Part shown: piece by piece, positions 19,343 to 28,469 of the stretch | How the letters are laid out: every line of letters starts with the position of its first letter | How positions within the stretch are numbered: the stretch's first letter is position 1 | NCBI GenBank assembly: GCA_036336835.1 | Contig: JAYZFK010000091.1 | Span: 1 to 45,619, forward strand | Direction: 5' to 3' | Source of the DNA: Myxococcota bacterium | GTDB lineage: Bacteria; Myxococcota_A; UBA9160; UBA4427 | Length of the DNA: 45,619 nt | The notes under the pieces: generated by a model | Told to the model about the DNA's origin: nothing | Database searches by the model: none | Seen by the model: the letters and a program-made list of their open reading frames with translations, nothing else | Translations under genes and position numbers: made by a program

Positions 19343-19468
19343 CTGGTCCTCGCAACCGTGCGACGCGCCGTTCTCGCGCATCGCTGGCTGGACCTATCGA
19401 CACACCGGCTCGAGAACCTGTCGCCGGACGGGAGCACTCGATCGAGAGGGTTCCGCTGCGGACGGAAC

Positions 19469-22400
19469 TCAGCGGGGCCGCAGCGTGCGCAGTGCGGCCG
19501 GAGCGAGCGCAGCGCGCTCGCTCTCGAAGACCACGGCCCCGTCGCGATACAACACGTACGCGTTGCGCTGCGAAGCGACCCGTGGCCCCGGCGTCAGGAT
19601 GCCCACCAGGTTGAGCGGATCGGCCGCCGCTACCCGCACCAGCTCGCCACTGCGCGCAGCGCGACGGGTGCGGCGCAGCGACTCGACGGCCCCGGGCAGC
19701 GCGTACTGCTCGCCGACGAAGCCGGTCACGAAGCGGCCGCCGCGGATCGTTCCGCGCGCCTCCATGCGCCGAAGGGCCCAGAGCAGCTCGCGCCACGGAA
19801 CCGCGAGGCTCTCGCGCACCAGCAGATCGCGGAACACCACCCCCCAGCGCGCCAGCAGCTGCTCGGCCACCGCCTCGGCGAGCTCGTCGGGATCGTAGGC
19901 CTCGGGCTCGCCGCCTGCGCTCGCCGGGAACGGCGCCCAGCGTCCCTCGGCGCTGGCAGCGCTCCGGGCACCGCGCCGCAGGCCCCGCCGCATCCGCCGC
20001 TGCGTACTGCGCCGCGCCCAGCGGTCGCGCGAGCCGAGCAGGCTCCGCACGGCCTGGAAGCCGTCGGCGGCGACCAGCCCGCGTGTCACCCCCTCCCAGA
20101 GTCCCTGCTCGACCTCGACGGGCAGCCGACCGGTGAGCGTCGCCAGCTCGCTGTGGAACAGGGCGCCGCGCTGGCGCAGCGCCTCGAGCACGTCGAGCGC
20201 CGGGCCGGGTGCCGGATCCGCGGGCACAGCGTCGCCGCGCTGCGCGCGCAGTAGCCAGGGCACATCGGATCGCGCGAGCAGCGCCACGGGCGTCGAGCGC
20301 GACGGCGCGATCCCGCCGCGCTTGCCCCGGTCCGCTGCGTCGTCCGGTGCGGGCGTTCGCACCGAGAGCCGGCCCCACGCGACCTCGCCCGACAGACACA
20401 GGGCATCCAGGAAATCGGGCCGATAGCCGTCGATCCGCGCCGGCAGCACGTCGCTCTCCCAGCTGCCGGCCGCGACCTCGAACCCCTGCAGCTGCTCGAT
20501 CGCGGCCAGCGTTCCTGCCCGGCCCTCGCGCCGCGTGCCGGGCGCCACGTACTGCCAGCGGAGCAGGAAGCGCAGGAAGTCCTGCGCCGAGACAGGCTCG
20601 ATCTCCTTGCGCAGCCGCTCCTGGGTGTAGAGATGGATGCGGCTGAGCAGCCGCCGCGCGCACCACTGCTGCGCTCGCTCGTCCTCGAACTGGCCGCGCA
20701 GCGCGAAGCCCTCGCCTTCGAGGCGCACCAGGCCGAGCTCGATACGCGCCTCGGGAAGCACCAGCCGTCGCGCCAGTCGCGCAAGGTCGATGGGACCGAC
20801 GAGCTCGAGGTGCCCGCGAACGGCCTCCGCCGCGACCTCGTCGGCCTCGGGCGCGGGCACGCTGGCGAGCGCCGCGGGCAGCGGACGATCGGGCGTGAAC
20901 CGGGCGTCGGGCCACAGCGCCTCGACCGCCTTGCGTCGCTCGGTGGCGACCCACAGGCTCTGGTCGCCAGTGGTCGCGATCGCCGCGCGGCCCGCGTCGA
21001 CCAGCAGCTGGAAGGCGCGGCTCCAGGCCAGCTCCGGACGCAGCACCACCGTCTGGAGCAACAGATCGTGCAGCTCGTCGGCGTCGCGCGGATCGGGCCG
21101 CACCTCCTCGCGTACACGCGCGATCGCCTCGGGATCGAGGCGCGCGAGCGCGCGCGCCTCGCCGGGCAGCCCGCGCCGCAGCTTGACCGCCCGCGTGCGC
21201 CGCTCCTCGAGCGGAGCGTCGTCGAGGAAGGTGTAGGGACGCCCGTTCAGGATCTCGTGGGCCAGCGGCGAGGGCTCGGTCGCGTCCACGCAACGGGCCG
21301 CTACGGCACCGCTCGCAAGATCGCCGAGCAACTGCTCGAGCCGCTCGACGTCCATCGCCTCGTGGAGACAATCGTCGATCGTCTGGCGCACGATCGGATG
21401 GTCGGGGATCTCGATTGGACCGCTCGCGTTCTCCTGGCACTGCGCGAGGCCCGGGAAGATCGCGGCCATCAGATCGTCCGCCTCCATGCGCTGGATCGGC
21501 GGCGGATTGCGCTTGCCGCCCCGCATGCGCAGCACGGCGAGCGAGCGGTTCAGGTTCCAGCGCCAGCGCGCCGTGAACATCGGCGACGCGAGCACGGCCT
21601 GGCGCAGCGCCTCGCGCGCCGTGTCGCGCTTCAGGTAGTGCGCGACCTCGCTCAGTGGAAAGCTGTGCTGCGGCCCGAGCGACAGCACGATGGCGTCGTC
21701 GTTGGCCGCCGCCTGCAGCTCGAAGTCGAACGTCCTGCAGAACCGCTTGCGCAGCGCGAGGCCGAACGCGCGGTTGGTGCGCCCGCCGAACGGCGCATGG
21801 ACGACGAGCTGCATGCCTCCGGACTCGTCGAAGAAGCGCTCGAACACGATCTCGTCCTGCGTCGGCAGCGCGCCCAGCGCCGCCTGCGCGGCGCCGAGAT
21901 ACCGCACGATCTGGTCCTGCGCCGCTGCCGCGAGCCCGCACTGCTCTTCGAGCCAGTCGCGCGCCTCGCGAGCCTGCCCGGCCTCGAGCAACGGCGCGAG
22001 CTGCTTGCGCAGCTCCGAGACTTCGGTCGAGAGCTCCTCGCTGCGCGCCGGCGCCTCGCCTAACCAGAAGGGAATCGTCGGCGGCGCACCCCCGGCATCG
22101 ACGACGCGAACGACCCCCGCCTCCACCCGGCGGATACGCCAGGACGTACTCCCGAGCAGGAAGACGTCGCCGGCCATGCTCTCGATCGCCCAGTCCTCGT
22201 CCACCGTGCCGACGAAGGTCTCGTCCGGGTCGAGCACCACGCGGTAGTCGGCGCGATCCGGGATCGCACCGCCCGAGGTGAGCGCGGCGAGGCGCGCCCC
22301 GCGCCGGCCGCGCAAAACGCCGTTGACGCGATCGCGGTGCAGATGCGCTGCGCGGCGACCGCGACCGGTCTGGATGCCCTCGGCCAGCATCTCGACCACC

Positions 22401-23800
22401 GCGTCGAAATCCTCGCGCGAGAGCTCGCGGAAGTGCGCCGCACGCCGCAGCAAGGCGAACAGCTCGTCTTCCTGCCACTCCTCGGCCGCGCAGGCGGCCA
22501 CGATCTGCTGCGCCAGGATGTCGAGCGGTTGTCGCGACGGACACAGCGCATCGAGCCGACCGGCGCGGACCCCGCGCAGCAACCCCGCGCACTCGACGAG
22601 CTCGTCGCGCGTCAGCGGGAACAGCCGCCCCTTCGGCGTGGCGAAGCGCTGGTGCCCCGAGCGGCCGACGCGCTGGAGGAACGTCGCGATGCTGCGCGGC
22701 GAGCCGATCTGGCAGACCAGCTCGACCGGGCCGATGTCGATCCCGAGCTCGAGCGAGGCAGTCGCCACCAGCGCGCGCAGGTCGCCGGCGCGCAGCCGCT
22801 TCTCGACACGCAGGCGGCGATCCTTCGAGAGACTCCCGTGGTGCGCCGCCACGGCGTCCTCGCCGAGCCGCTCGGCCAGCAGGTGTGCGATGCGCTCCGC
22901 CATCCGACGCGTGTTCACGAACACGAGCGTCGTCTGGTGCTCTGCGACCATGCGCGCGATCTGGTCGAGCACGTCGGAGAGCTGCTCGAGCGCCATCACC
23001 GCCTCGAGCTCCGCGTCGGGCAGCAGCAGTCCGAGATCGAGCTCCCGCCGGTGACCGGCGTCGACGATCTCGCAGCGCGGGCTGCCGTCGGGCCGGCTGC
23101 GCTGGTCGCCGGCGCCCACCAGCAGCCGCGCCACGGTCTCGATCGGCCGCTGGGTCGCGGACAGGCCGATCCGCACCGGGCGCTGCGGAGCCGAGCACAG
23201 TGCATCGAGCCGCTCGAGCGTGATCGCCAGATGTGCGCCGCGCTTGTCGCGCGCGAGCGCGTGGATCTCATCGACGATCACCGTCCGCACGCCGCGCAGC
23301 AGCTCGCGACTGCGCTCGGCCGTCACCATCAGATAGAGCGACTCGGGCGTGGTCACCAGCAGATGGGGCGGCTTCCGGAGCATGGCGGCGCGCGCCGATG
23401 CGCTCGTATCGCCGCTGCGCAGCGCGACGCGGATATCGGGCGCCGACAGTCCGAGCTCGCGCGCGACCTCGCGGATCTCGGCCAGCGGCTGCGCGAGATT
23501 GGTGTGGATGTCGGCGGCGAGCGCCTTGAGCGGTGAGACGTAGACGACCTCGGTAGTCAGCGCGGGGTCGGGCTCGTCGTCGCCGCGCAGCTCGAAGCGC
23601 TCGGCGGCGCGAAACAGCCGATCGATGCACACCAGGAACGCCGACAATGTCTTGCCGGTGCCCGTGGGCGCCGCGATCAGCGTGTCGCGCCCGCAGGCGA
23701 TGGTCGGCCAGCCGCGCTGCTGCGGCTCCGTCGGGCCATCGGGGAAGCGGCGCTCGAACCAGGTGCGCACCGCGGGATGGAAGGCTTCGAGTGCGCTCAT
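19469..23800 (-). CDS. lhr: Lhr-family DEAD/DEAH-box helicase, full length with C-terminal extension
   Basis: 1443 aa; APTGTGKT, YVSPLKAL, TTPESL, DEIH, GLSAT, HHGSLS, SLELGID, QRVGRSGH, GGAIPD, PFWLGE; C-terminal WCARRLL and IRGGRFV. Confidence 0.94.
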   Translation of the reverse strand: MSALEAFHPAVRTWFERRFPDGPTEPQQRGWPTIACGRDTLIAAPTGTGKTLSAFLVCIDRLFRAAERFELRGDDEPDPALTTEVVYVSPLKALAADIHTNLAQPLAEIREVARELGLSAPDIRVALRSGDTSASARAAMLRKPPHLLVTTPESLYLMVTAERSRELLRGVRTVIVDEIHALARDKRGAHLAITLERLDALCSAPQRPVRIGLSATQRPIETVARLLVGAGDQRSRPDGSPRCEIVDAGHRRELDLGLLLPDAELEAVMALEQLSDVLDQIARMVAEHQTTLVFVNTRRMAERIAHLLAERLGEDAVAAHHGSLSKDRRLRVEKRLRAGDLRALVATASLELGIDIGPVELVCQIGSPRSIATFLQRVGRSGHQRFATPKGRLFPLTRDELVECAGLLRGVRAGRLDALCPSRQPLDILAQQIVAACAAEEWQEDELFALLRRAAHFRELSREDFDAVVEMLAEGIQTGRGRRAAHLHRDRVNGVLRGRRGARLAALTSGGAIPDRADYRVVLDPDETFVGTVDEDWAIESMAGDVFLLGSTSWRIRRVEAGVVRVVDAGGAPPTIPFWLGEAPARSEELSTEVSELRKQLAPLLEAGQAREARDWLEEQCGLAAAAQDQIVRYLGAAQAALGALPTQDEIVFERFFDESGGMQLVVHAPFGGRTNRAFGLALRKRFCRTFDFELQAAANDDAIVLSLGPQHSFPLSEVAHYLKRDTAREALRQAVLASPMFTARWRWNLNRSLAVLRMRGGKRNPPPIQRMEADDLMAAIFPGLAQCQENASGPIEIPDHPIVRQTIDDCLHEAMDVERLEQLLGDLASGAVAARCVDATEPSPLAHEILNGRPYTFLDDAPLEERRTRAVKLRRGLPGEARALARLDPEAIARVREEVRPDPRDADELHDLLLQTVVLRPELAWSRAFQLLVDAGRAAIATTGDQSLWVATERRKAVEALWPDARFTPDRPLPAALASVPAPEADEVAAEAVRGHLELVGPIDLARLARRLVLPEARIELGLVRLEGEGFALRGQFEDERAQQWCARRLLSRIHLYTQERLRKEIEPVSAQDFLRFLLRWQYVAPGTRREGRAGTLAAIEQLQGFEVAAGSWESDVLPARIDGYRPDFLDALCLSGEVAWGRLSVRTPAPDDAADRGKRGGIAPSRSTPVALLARSDVPWLLRAQRGDAVPADPAPGPALDVLEALRQRGALFHSELATLTGRLPVEVEQGLWEGVTRGLVAADGFQAVRSLLGSRDRWARRSTQRRMRRGLRRGARSAASAEGRWAPFPASAGGEPEAYDPDELAEAVAEQLLARWGVVFRDLLVRESLAVPWRELLWALRRMEARGTIRGGRFVTGFVGEQYALPGAVESLRRTRRAARSGELVRVAAADPLNLVGILTPGPRVASQRNAYVLYRDGAVVFESERAALAPAALRTLRPR

Positions 23801-23985
23801 ACCACACCTCAGGCTAGCAAGCGGCGAGCGTTCGGGCGGGCCGCGCGGGGCGACGCCGGATGACCGGATCTGTCACGCTGCACGCCGATCCTCAGTGGGT
23901 TTTGCTCGAAAAACTGTTGCGCAGCGCGGTCGCCGTTCGCCTCGTCGCGCGAAACGGGTAGCCTTGGCCCGCCGAAGGAGATGGC

Positions 23986-24696
23986 TTGGAGATCACCTTG
24001 ATCCGGCACGCGCAGCCCGACTGGGAGCCAGCCGACACCGCCGTCGACGAGCCCACGCTCACGGCGCACGGCTTTGCGCAGAGCCGCGCCACCGCCGAGG
24101 CGCTGGCGAGCGAGCAGTTCGATGCGCTCTACGTGAGCCCGCTGCGACGCGCCAGAGAGACGGCCCAGCCGATCGCCGAGCGGCTGGGCCTCGAGCCGCA
24201 GGTGCAGTCGTGGCTCCGCGAGCTCGAGCTGCCGTCGCTCGAGGGCCAGACGGCCGAGCAGGTTCACGCCTTCTTTCGCGACGGGCGCCTGCGCGAGCCC
24301 GACCGCTGGTGGGACGGCTACCCGGGCGGCGAGAGCTTTCGCCACTTCTACGAGCGGGTCGCCGGAGGAACGGACGCACTGCTCACCGGCGATCACGCGA
24401 TGCACGTGCACGAGGACTCCGGCCACCAGCTGTGGCAGGTACCGGACTGGGATGCACACATCGTGGTCGTCGCCCACGAGGGGACGATCGCGGTCATGAC
24501 CTCGCACCTGCTGGGCATCGAGCCCAACCCGTGGACCGCGCTTCGCTTCACGATCGCATGGACCGGGATCGCCCGCCTGCACACTGCGCAGCTGGGCAGC
24601 GGCGCCGTCTGGAGCCTCGCCGCCTTCAATCACACCGATCACCTCGCAAGCCTCGCCGGTCCGGGCGACGGCCGCGCCATAAGGACCGTCAGATGA
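23986..24696 (+). CDS. Histidine phosphatase (phosphoglycerate mutase) family protein
   Basis: LIRHAQ, SPLRRARETA, LRE, PGGES, VVAHEG; TTG start after AAGGAG. Confidence 0.9.
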   Translation: MEITLIRHAQPDWEPADTAVDEPTLTAHGFAQSRATAEALASEQFDALYVSPLRRARETAQPIAERLGLEPQVQSWLRELELPSLEGQTAEQVHAFFRDGRLREPDRWWDGYPGGESFRHFYERVAGGTDALLTGDHAMHVHEDSGHQLWQVPDWDAHIVVVAHEGTIAVMTSHLLGIEPNPWTALRFTIAWTGIARLHTAQLGSGAVWSLAAFNHTDHLASLAGPGDGRAIRTVR

Positions 24697-26936
24697 GTCG
24701 CTCGAGCTGGATCGTGGCTGGCGCCTGGCTGATTGCCGCCGCCGCGTGCGACGACAAGGCGCACCAGTGGGACACAGCCATCGAGGGACCGGCGATCGGC
24801 GCCGAGGTGATCGCCGCCAAGCAGGCAGCCCAGGACCTGGCCGAGCGCACGCTCGGCGGCGGCGACGACGGCCGCAGCATCCTGTTCGGCGATCTGCACG
24901 TCCACACCTCGTACTCGCAGGACGGCTTCCTGTTCTCGCTGCCGCTGCTCGGCGGCGACGGCGCGCACCCGCCGAACGACGCCTGCGACTTCGCACGTCA
25001 CTGCGCGAACCTCGACTTCTACGCCCTCACCGACCACGCCGAGTCGCTCGCGCCGGACTACTGGGAGCAGAGCAAGCAGAGCGTGCGCGAGTGCAACGCG
25101 CGCGCGGGCGATGCCGCGGACCCCGATCTGGTCGCCTTCACCGGCTTCGAGTGGACGCAGGCCGGGCTGACGCCCGAGGCGCACTGGGGCCACCGCTGCG
25201 TCCTGTTCCCCGGCACCGCCGACGCGCAGCTGCCCGCCCGACCGATCGCGTCCAAGAACACCGCCGCCGGTGCGGCCGGGCTCGCAAAGCTCGCGCGCCG
25301 CACGCGCTGGGTGGGCCTGCTCGACTGGCCGGTTCACGAGCGCTTCGCCCTCCAGATGGAGGCGATGAGCGAACGCGCGGTCTGCCGCGAGGACGTCGTC
25401 TCGCCCGAGATCGAGGGCGCGGCGTGTCTCGAGATCGCCCCCGAGCCGCGGGATCTGCACCGCAAGCTCGACGAGTGGGGCTTCCCGGCGTTCACCATCC
25501 CGCACGGCACCGCCTGGGGCGTCTACACACCGGCGTCGACGACGATCGACAAACATCTCGCGGCGGAGCAGTACGACACCGGCCGGATGCCGCTGGTCGA
25601 GATCATGTCGGGCCACGGCAACTCCGAGGAGTTCCGCGACTGGGCGGCCACCGAGGTCGCCGACGACGGCAACCGCTGCCCCGAGCCCGTCGACGGACAC
25701 CTGACCTGCTGCTGGCAGGCGGGCGAGATCATGCGGGGGCGCTGCGGCGACCTGCCCGCCAACGAGTGCGAGCAGCGCGTCGAGCTGGCGCGGACGCTGG
25801 CTGCGCGGACCTGGGTGAACCCCTTCCGCGTGTTCCCCGACGCGCCCTCCGAGGCCTGGCTCGACTGCGATCAGTGCCGCGACTGCTTCAAGCCCTCTTT
25901 CGGCTATCGCCCGCGCGAGAGCGTGCAATACGCCATGACGCTGACACAAGATGCGGAGAGCGAGGATCCGCGTCGCTTCCGCTTCGGCTTCGTCGCCTCG
26001 AGCGACGGCCACACCGGCCGCCCCGGCAACAGCTACACGCAGGTCGATCCCGCTCTGGTCAGCGACGTGCGCGGCACGCCAAGCTTCCCGTACTCCCTGT
26101 TCCAGACGCTCCTGGGCGGCCAACCGATGGACGATCCGCGGATGCCCGAGGACCCGGGCGGCAGCGAGATCGGCGTCGCCAGCGGCCAGGACATGCGCGT
26201 CGCGTCGTTCCTGTTCCCGGCGGGACTGGCCGCGGTGCACGCCGCCGACCGCAGTCGCGAGGCGATCTGGGACGCGATCGGACGCAAGGAGGTGTACGGC
26301 ACCAGCGGCCCGCGCATCCTGCTGTGGTTCGATCTGCTGGGCGGCGTCGGCGGCCGCGCGCCGATGGGCTCCGAGCACGTGCTCGCGACCAACCCCCGCT
26401 TCGAGGTGCGTGCGGTCGGCTCGTTCGAGCCTAAACCCGGCTGCCCGGACAGCAGTCGCCAGGCGCTGTCGCGCGAGCGGCTCGAGTACCTGTGCCGCGG
26501 CGAGTGCTACCACCCGAGCGACCAGCGCCGGCCGATCGTCGCGATCGAGATCATCCGCATCCGCCCCCAGCAGCACGGGGGCGAAGCTCCAGCCGGCCTG
26601 GTCGAGGATCCCTGGCGCCGCTTCGAGTGCGCGCCCGACCCGGCGGGCTGTCGCATCGAGTTCAGCGACGAAGAGTTCGTTGCCTCGGGCCGCGACGCGC
26701 TCTACTACGCGCGGGCGCTCGAGGCGCCGTCGGCGGCGCTCAACGGCCGCCCGCTCGAGACGCAATTCGACGCGGCCGGCAACCCGGTCTCGATCCGACC
26801 CTGCACGCTGGAGCGCATCGACGCGGGCGGTTGCCCCGCCGCGGTCAGCGAGCGCGCCTGGTCGTCGCCGATCTTCGTCGACCAGGCGGAGCGGAGGGCC
26901 GCGAGCCGCGCGGCACCCGCCAGGGACGCGGGCTAG
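24693..26936 (+). CDS. DUF3604 family (PHP-like metal-binding) Cys-rich lipoprotein
   Basis: ATG 24693 overlaps the upstream TGA; lipobox-like IAAAAC; FGDLHVHTSYSQD, TDHAE, GFEWT, IPHG, SGHGNSE, SSDGH, EVYGTSGPRI, YYARALE, ERAWSSPI. Confidence 0.85.
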   Translation: MSRSSWIVAGAWLIAAAACDDKAHQWDTAIEGPAIGAEVIAAKQAAQDLAERTLGGGDDGRSILFGDLHVHTSYSQDGFLFSLPLLGGDGAHPPNDACDFARHCANLDFYALTDHAESLAPDYWEQSKQSVRECNARAGDAADPDLVAFTGFEWTQAGLTPEAHWGHRCVLFPGTADAQLPARPIASKNTAAGAAGLAKLARRTRWVGLLDWPVHERFALQMEAMSERAVCREDVVSPEIEGAACLEIAPEPRDLHRKLDEWGFPAFTIPHGTAWGVYTPASTTIDKHLAAEQYDTGRMPLVEIMSGHGNSEEFRDWAATEVADDGNRCPEPVDGHLTCCWQAGEIMRGRCGDLPANECEQRVELARTLAARTWVNPFRVFPDAPSEAWLDCDQCRDCFKPSFGYRPRESVQYAMTLTQDAESEDPRRFRFGFVASSDGHTGRPGNSYTQVDPALVSDVRGTPSFPYSLFQTLLGGQPMDDPRMPEDPGGSEIGVASGQDMRVASFLFPAGLAAVHAADRSREAIWDAIGRKEVYGTSGPRILLWFDLLGGVGGRAPMGSEHVLATNPRFEVRAVGSFEPKPGCPDSSRQALSRERLEYLCRGECYHPSDQRRPIVAIEIIRIRPQQHGGEAPAGLVEDPWRRFECAPDPAGCRIEFSDEEFVASGRDALYYARALEAPSAALNGRPLETQFDAAGNPVSIRPCTLERIDAGGCPAAVSERAWSSPIFVDQAERRAASRAAPARDAG

Positions 26937-26941
26937 ACGCC

Positions 26942-28375
26942 GTGGACGGAATCGACGCCCGCATCGACGCCGCGCTGCGGCCGCTCGCCGACGCGCTGTC
27001 CAGCGCCGTCTTCTACAAGGTGCCGATCTTCGGCAGCGAGCTGCCGCTGGTCGTGCTCTGGCTGGCGGCGGCCGCCGTGTTCTGCACCGTGTACTTCCGC
27101 TTCGTGTGTCTGACCGGCTTCGCGCACGCCCTCCGGCTGGTGCGGGGCTCGGACTCGAGCGCGAGCGGCGAAGGCGAGCTCTCCCACTTCCAGGCGCTGG
27201 CGACGGCGATCTCGGGAACGGTCGGCATCGGCAACATCGGCGGGGTGGCGGTCGCGATCTCGGTCGGAGGTCCCGGGGCCGCTTTCTGGATGCTCGTAGC
27301 CGGCGTACTCGGCATGTCGTCGAAGTTTGCCGAGTGCACGCTCGGCGTGAAGTACCGCGTCGAGCACGCGGACGGCAGCGTCTCTGGCGGCCCGATGTAC
27401 TACCTCGAGCGCGGGCTGGGAGCACGGGGCTGGCCCCGGCTCGGCCGCGGACTCGCCCGCTTCTACGCAATCGGCATCGTGATCGGCTGCCTCGGCATCG
27501 GCAACATGTTCCAGTCGAACCAGGCGTTCGTGCAGCTGGTCGGCGTCACCGGCGGCGAAGCCAGCTGGTTTGCAGAGCGCGGCTGGCTGGTCGGCCTGGC
27601 GCTCGCGGGCCTGGTGGGCGCGGTCATCGTCGGCGGCATCCGCAGCATCGCGCGAGTCACCGAGAAGGTCGTGCCCTTCATGGCCGTGCTGTACCTGGCC
27701 AGCGCCGGCGTGATGCTGGTGATCAACGCCGAGGCGATCCCGTTCGCGCTCTCTGCGATCGCCAGCGGTGCCTTCACCACGAAGGGAGCGGCGGGCGGTG
27801 CGCTCGGCGCCATGATCGTGGGCTTCCAGCGCGCGGTGTTCTCGAACGAGGCGGGCATCGGCTCGGCCACGATCGCCCACGCCGCGGTGCGCACCGATCA
27901 CCCCGCAACCGAGGGCTACGTCGCGCTGCTCGAGCCGTTCATCGACACCGTGGTGATCTGCAGCGCGACCGCGCTCGTGGTGATCACGACCTTCTACTAC
28001 GACCCGAACTTCGCCGAGGGACTCGACGGCATCGCGATCACCTCGGCCGCCTTCGAGCGCAACGTCAGCTGGGCGCCCTACCCGCTCGCCCTGTCGGCCA
28101 CGCTGTTTGCGCTCTCGACCATGCTCTCGTGGTCCTACTACGGGCTGAAGGGCTTCAGCTATCTGGTGGGGGAGAGCGAGCGGGCCAAGCGCGGCTTCAT
28201 GCTGGCGTTCTGCGTCTTCGTGGCGCTCGGCTGCACGATCCAGCTCGACGCGGTGCTCGAGTTCTCGGACGCGCTGGTATTCGTGATCTGCATCCCGAAC
28301 ATCATCGGGCTGTACTGGCTGGCGCCCGACGTGCGCGCAGAGCTGGCACGCTACGAGCGCGCACGGCGCGGCTGA
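26942..28375 (+). CDS. Alanine/glycine:cation symporter (AGCS) family amino-acid carrier
   Basis: FQALATAISGTVGIGNIGGVA, GGPGAAFWM, GGPMYY, FQSNQ, RAVFSNEAGIGS, EPFIDTVVICSAT. Confidence 0.93.
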   Translation: MDGIDARIDAALRPLADALSSAVFYKVPIFGSELPLVVLWLAAAAVFCTVYFRFVCLTGFAHALRLVRGSDSSASGEGELSHFQALATAISGTVGIGNIGGVAVAISVGGPGAAFWMLVAGVLGMSSKFAECTLGVKYRVEHADGSVSGGPMYYLERGLGARGWPRLGRGLARFYAIGIVIGCLGIGNMFQSNQAFVQLVGVTGGEASWFAERGWLVGLALAGLVGAVIVGGIRSIARVTEKVVPFMAVLYLASAGVMLVINAEAIPFALSAIASGAFTTKGAAGGALGAMIVGFQRAVFSNEAGIGSATIAHAAVRTDHPATEGYVALLEPFIDTVVICSATALVVITTFYYDPNFAEGLDGIAITSAAFERNVSWAPYPLALSATLFALSTMLSWSYYGLKGFSYLVGESERAKRGFMLAFCVFVALGCTIQLDAVLEFSDALVFVICIPNIIGLYWLAPDVRAELARYERARRG

Positions 28376-28469
28376 AGCCGCGTCCCCCCGGCGCGCACGG
28401 CTGGGCGCGCCAACTCGGCCGATCGCGGCGGACTCGCCGCGCCCGTCCTTGTGGTATGGGTCGGTCCGG

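Noticed and set aside
18000..23198. 1732-aa ORF in an alternative minus-strand frame over lhr and the kinase
   Set aside because: Arg/Ala/Gly/Pro-rich with no motifs; an expected shadow ORF in GC-rich DNA, and the overlapped frames have clear family motifs
23625..24692. Apparent N-terminal extension making DUF3604 1103 aa (also the extended ORF calls for mreD, the AGCS carrier, thiolase and AgpS-like genes)
   Set aside because: The extensions overlap genuine upstream genes; internal starts with stop/start coupling, signal peptides or promoter motifs fit better
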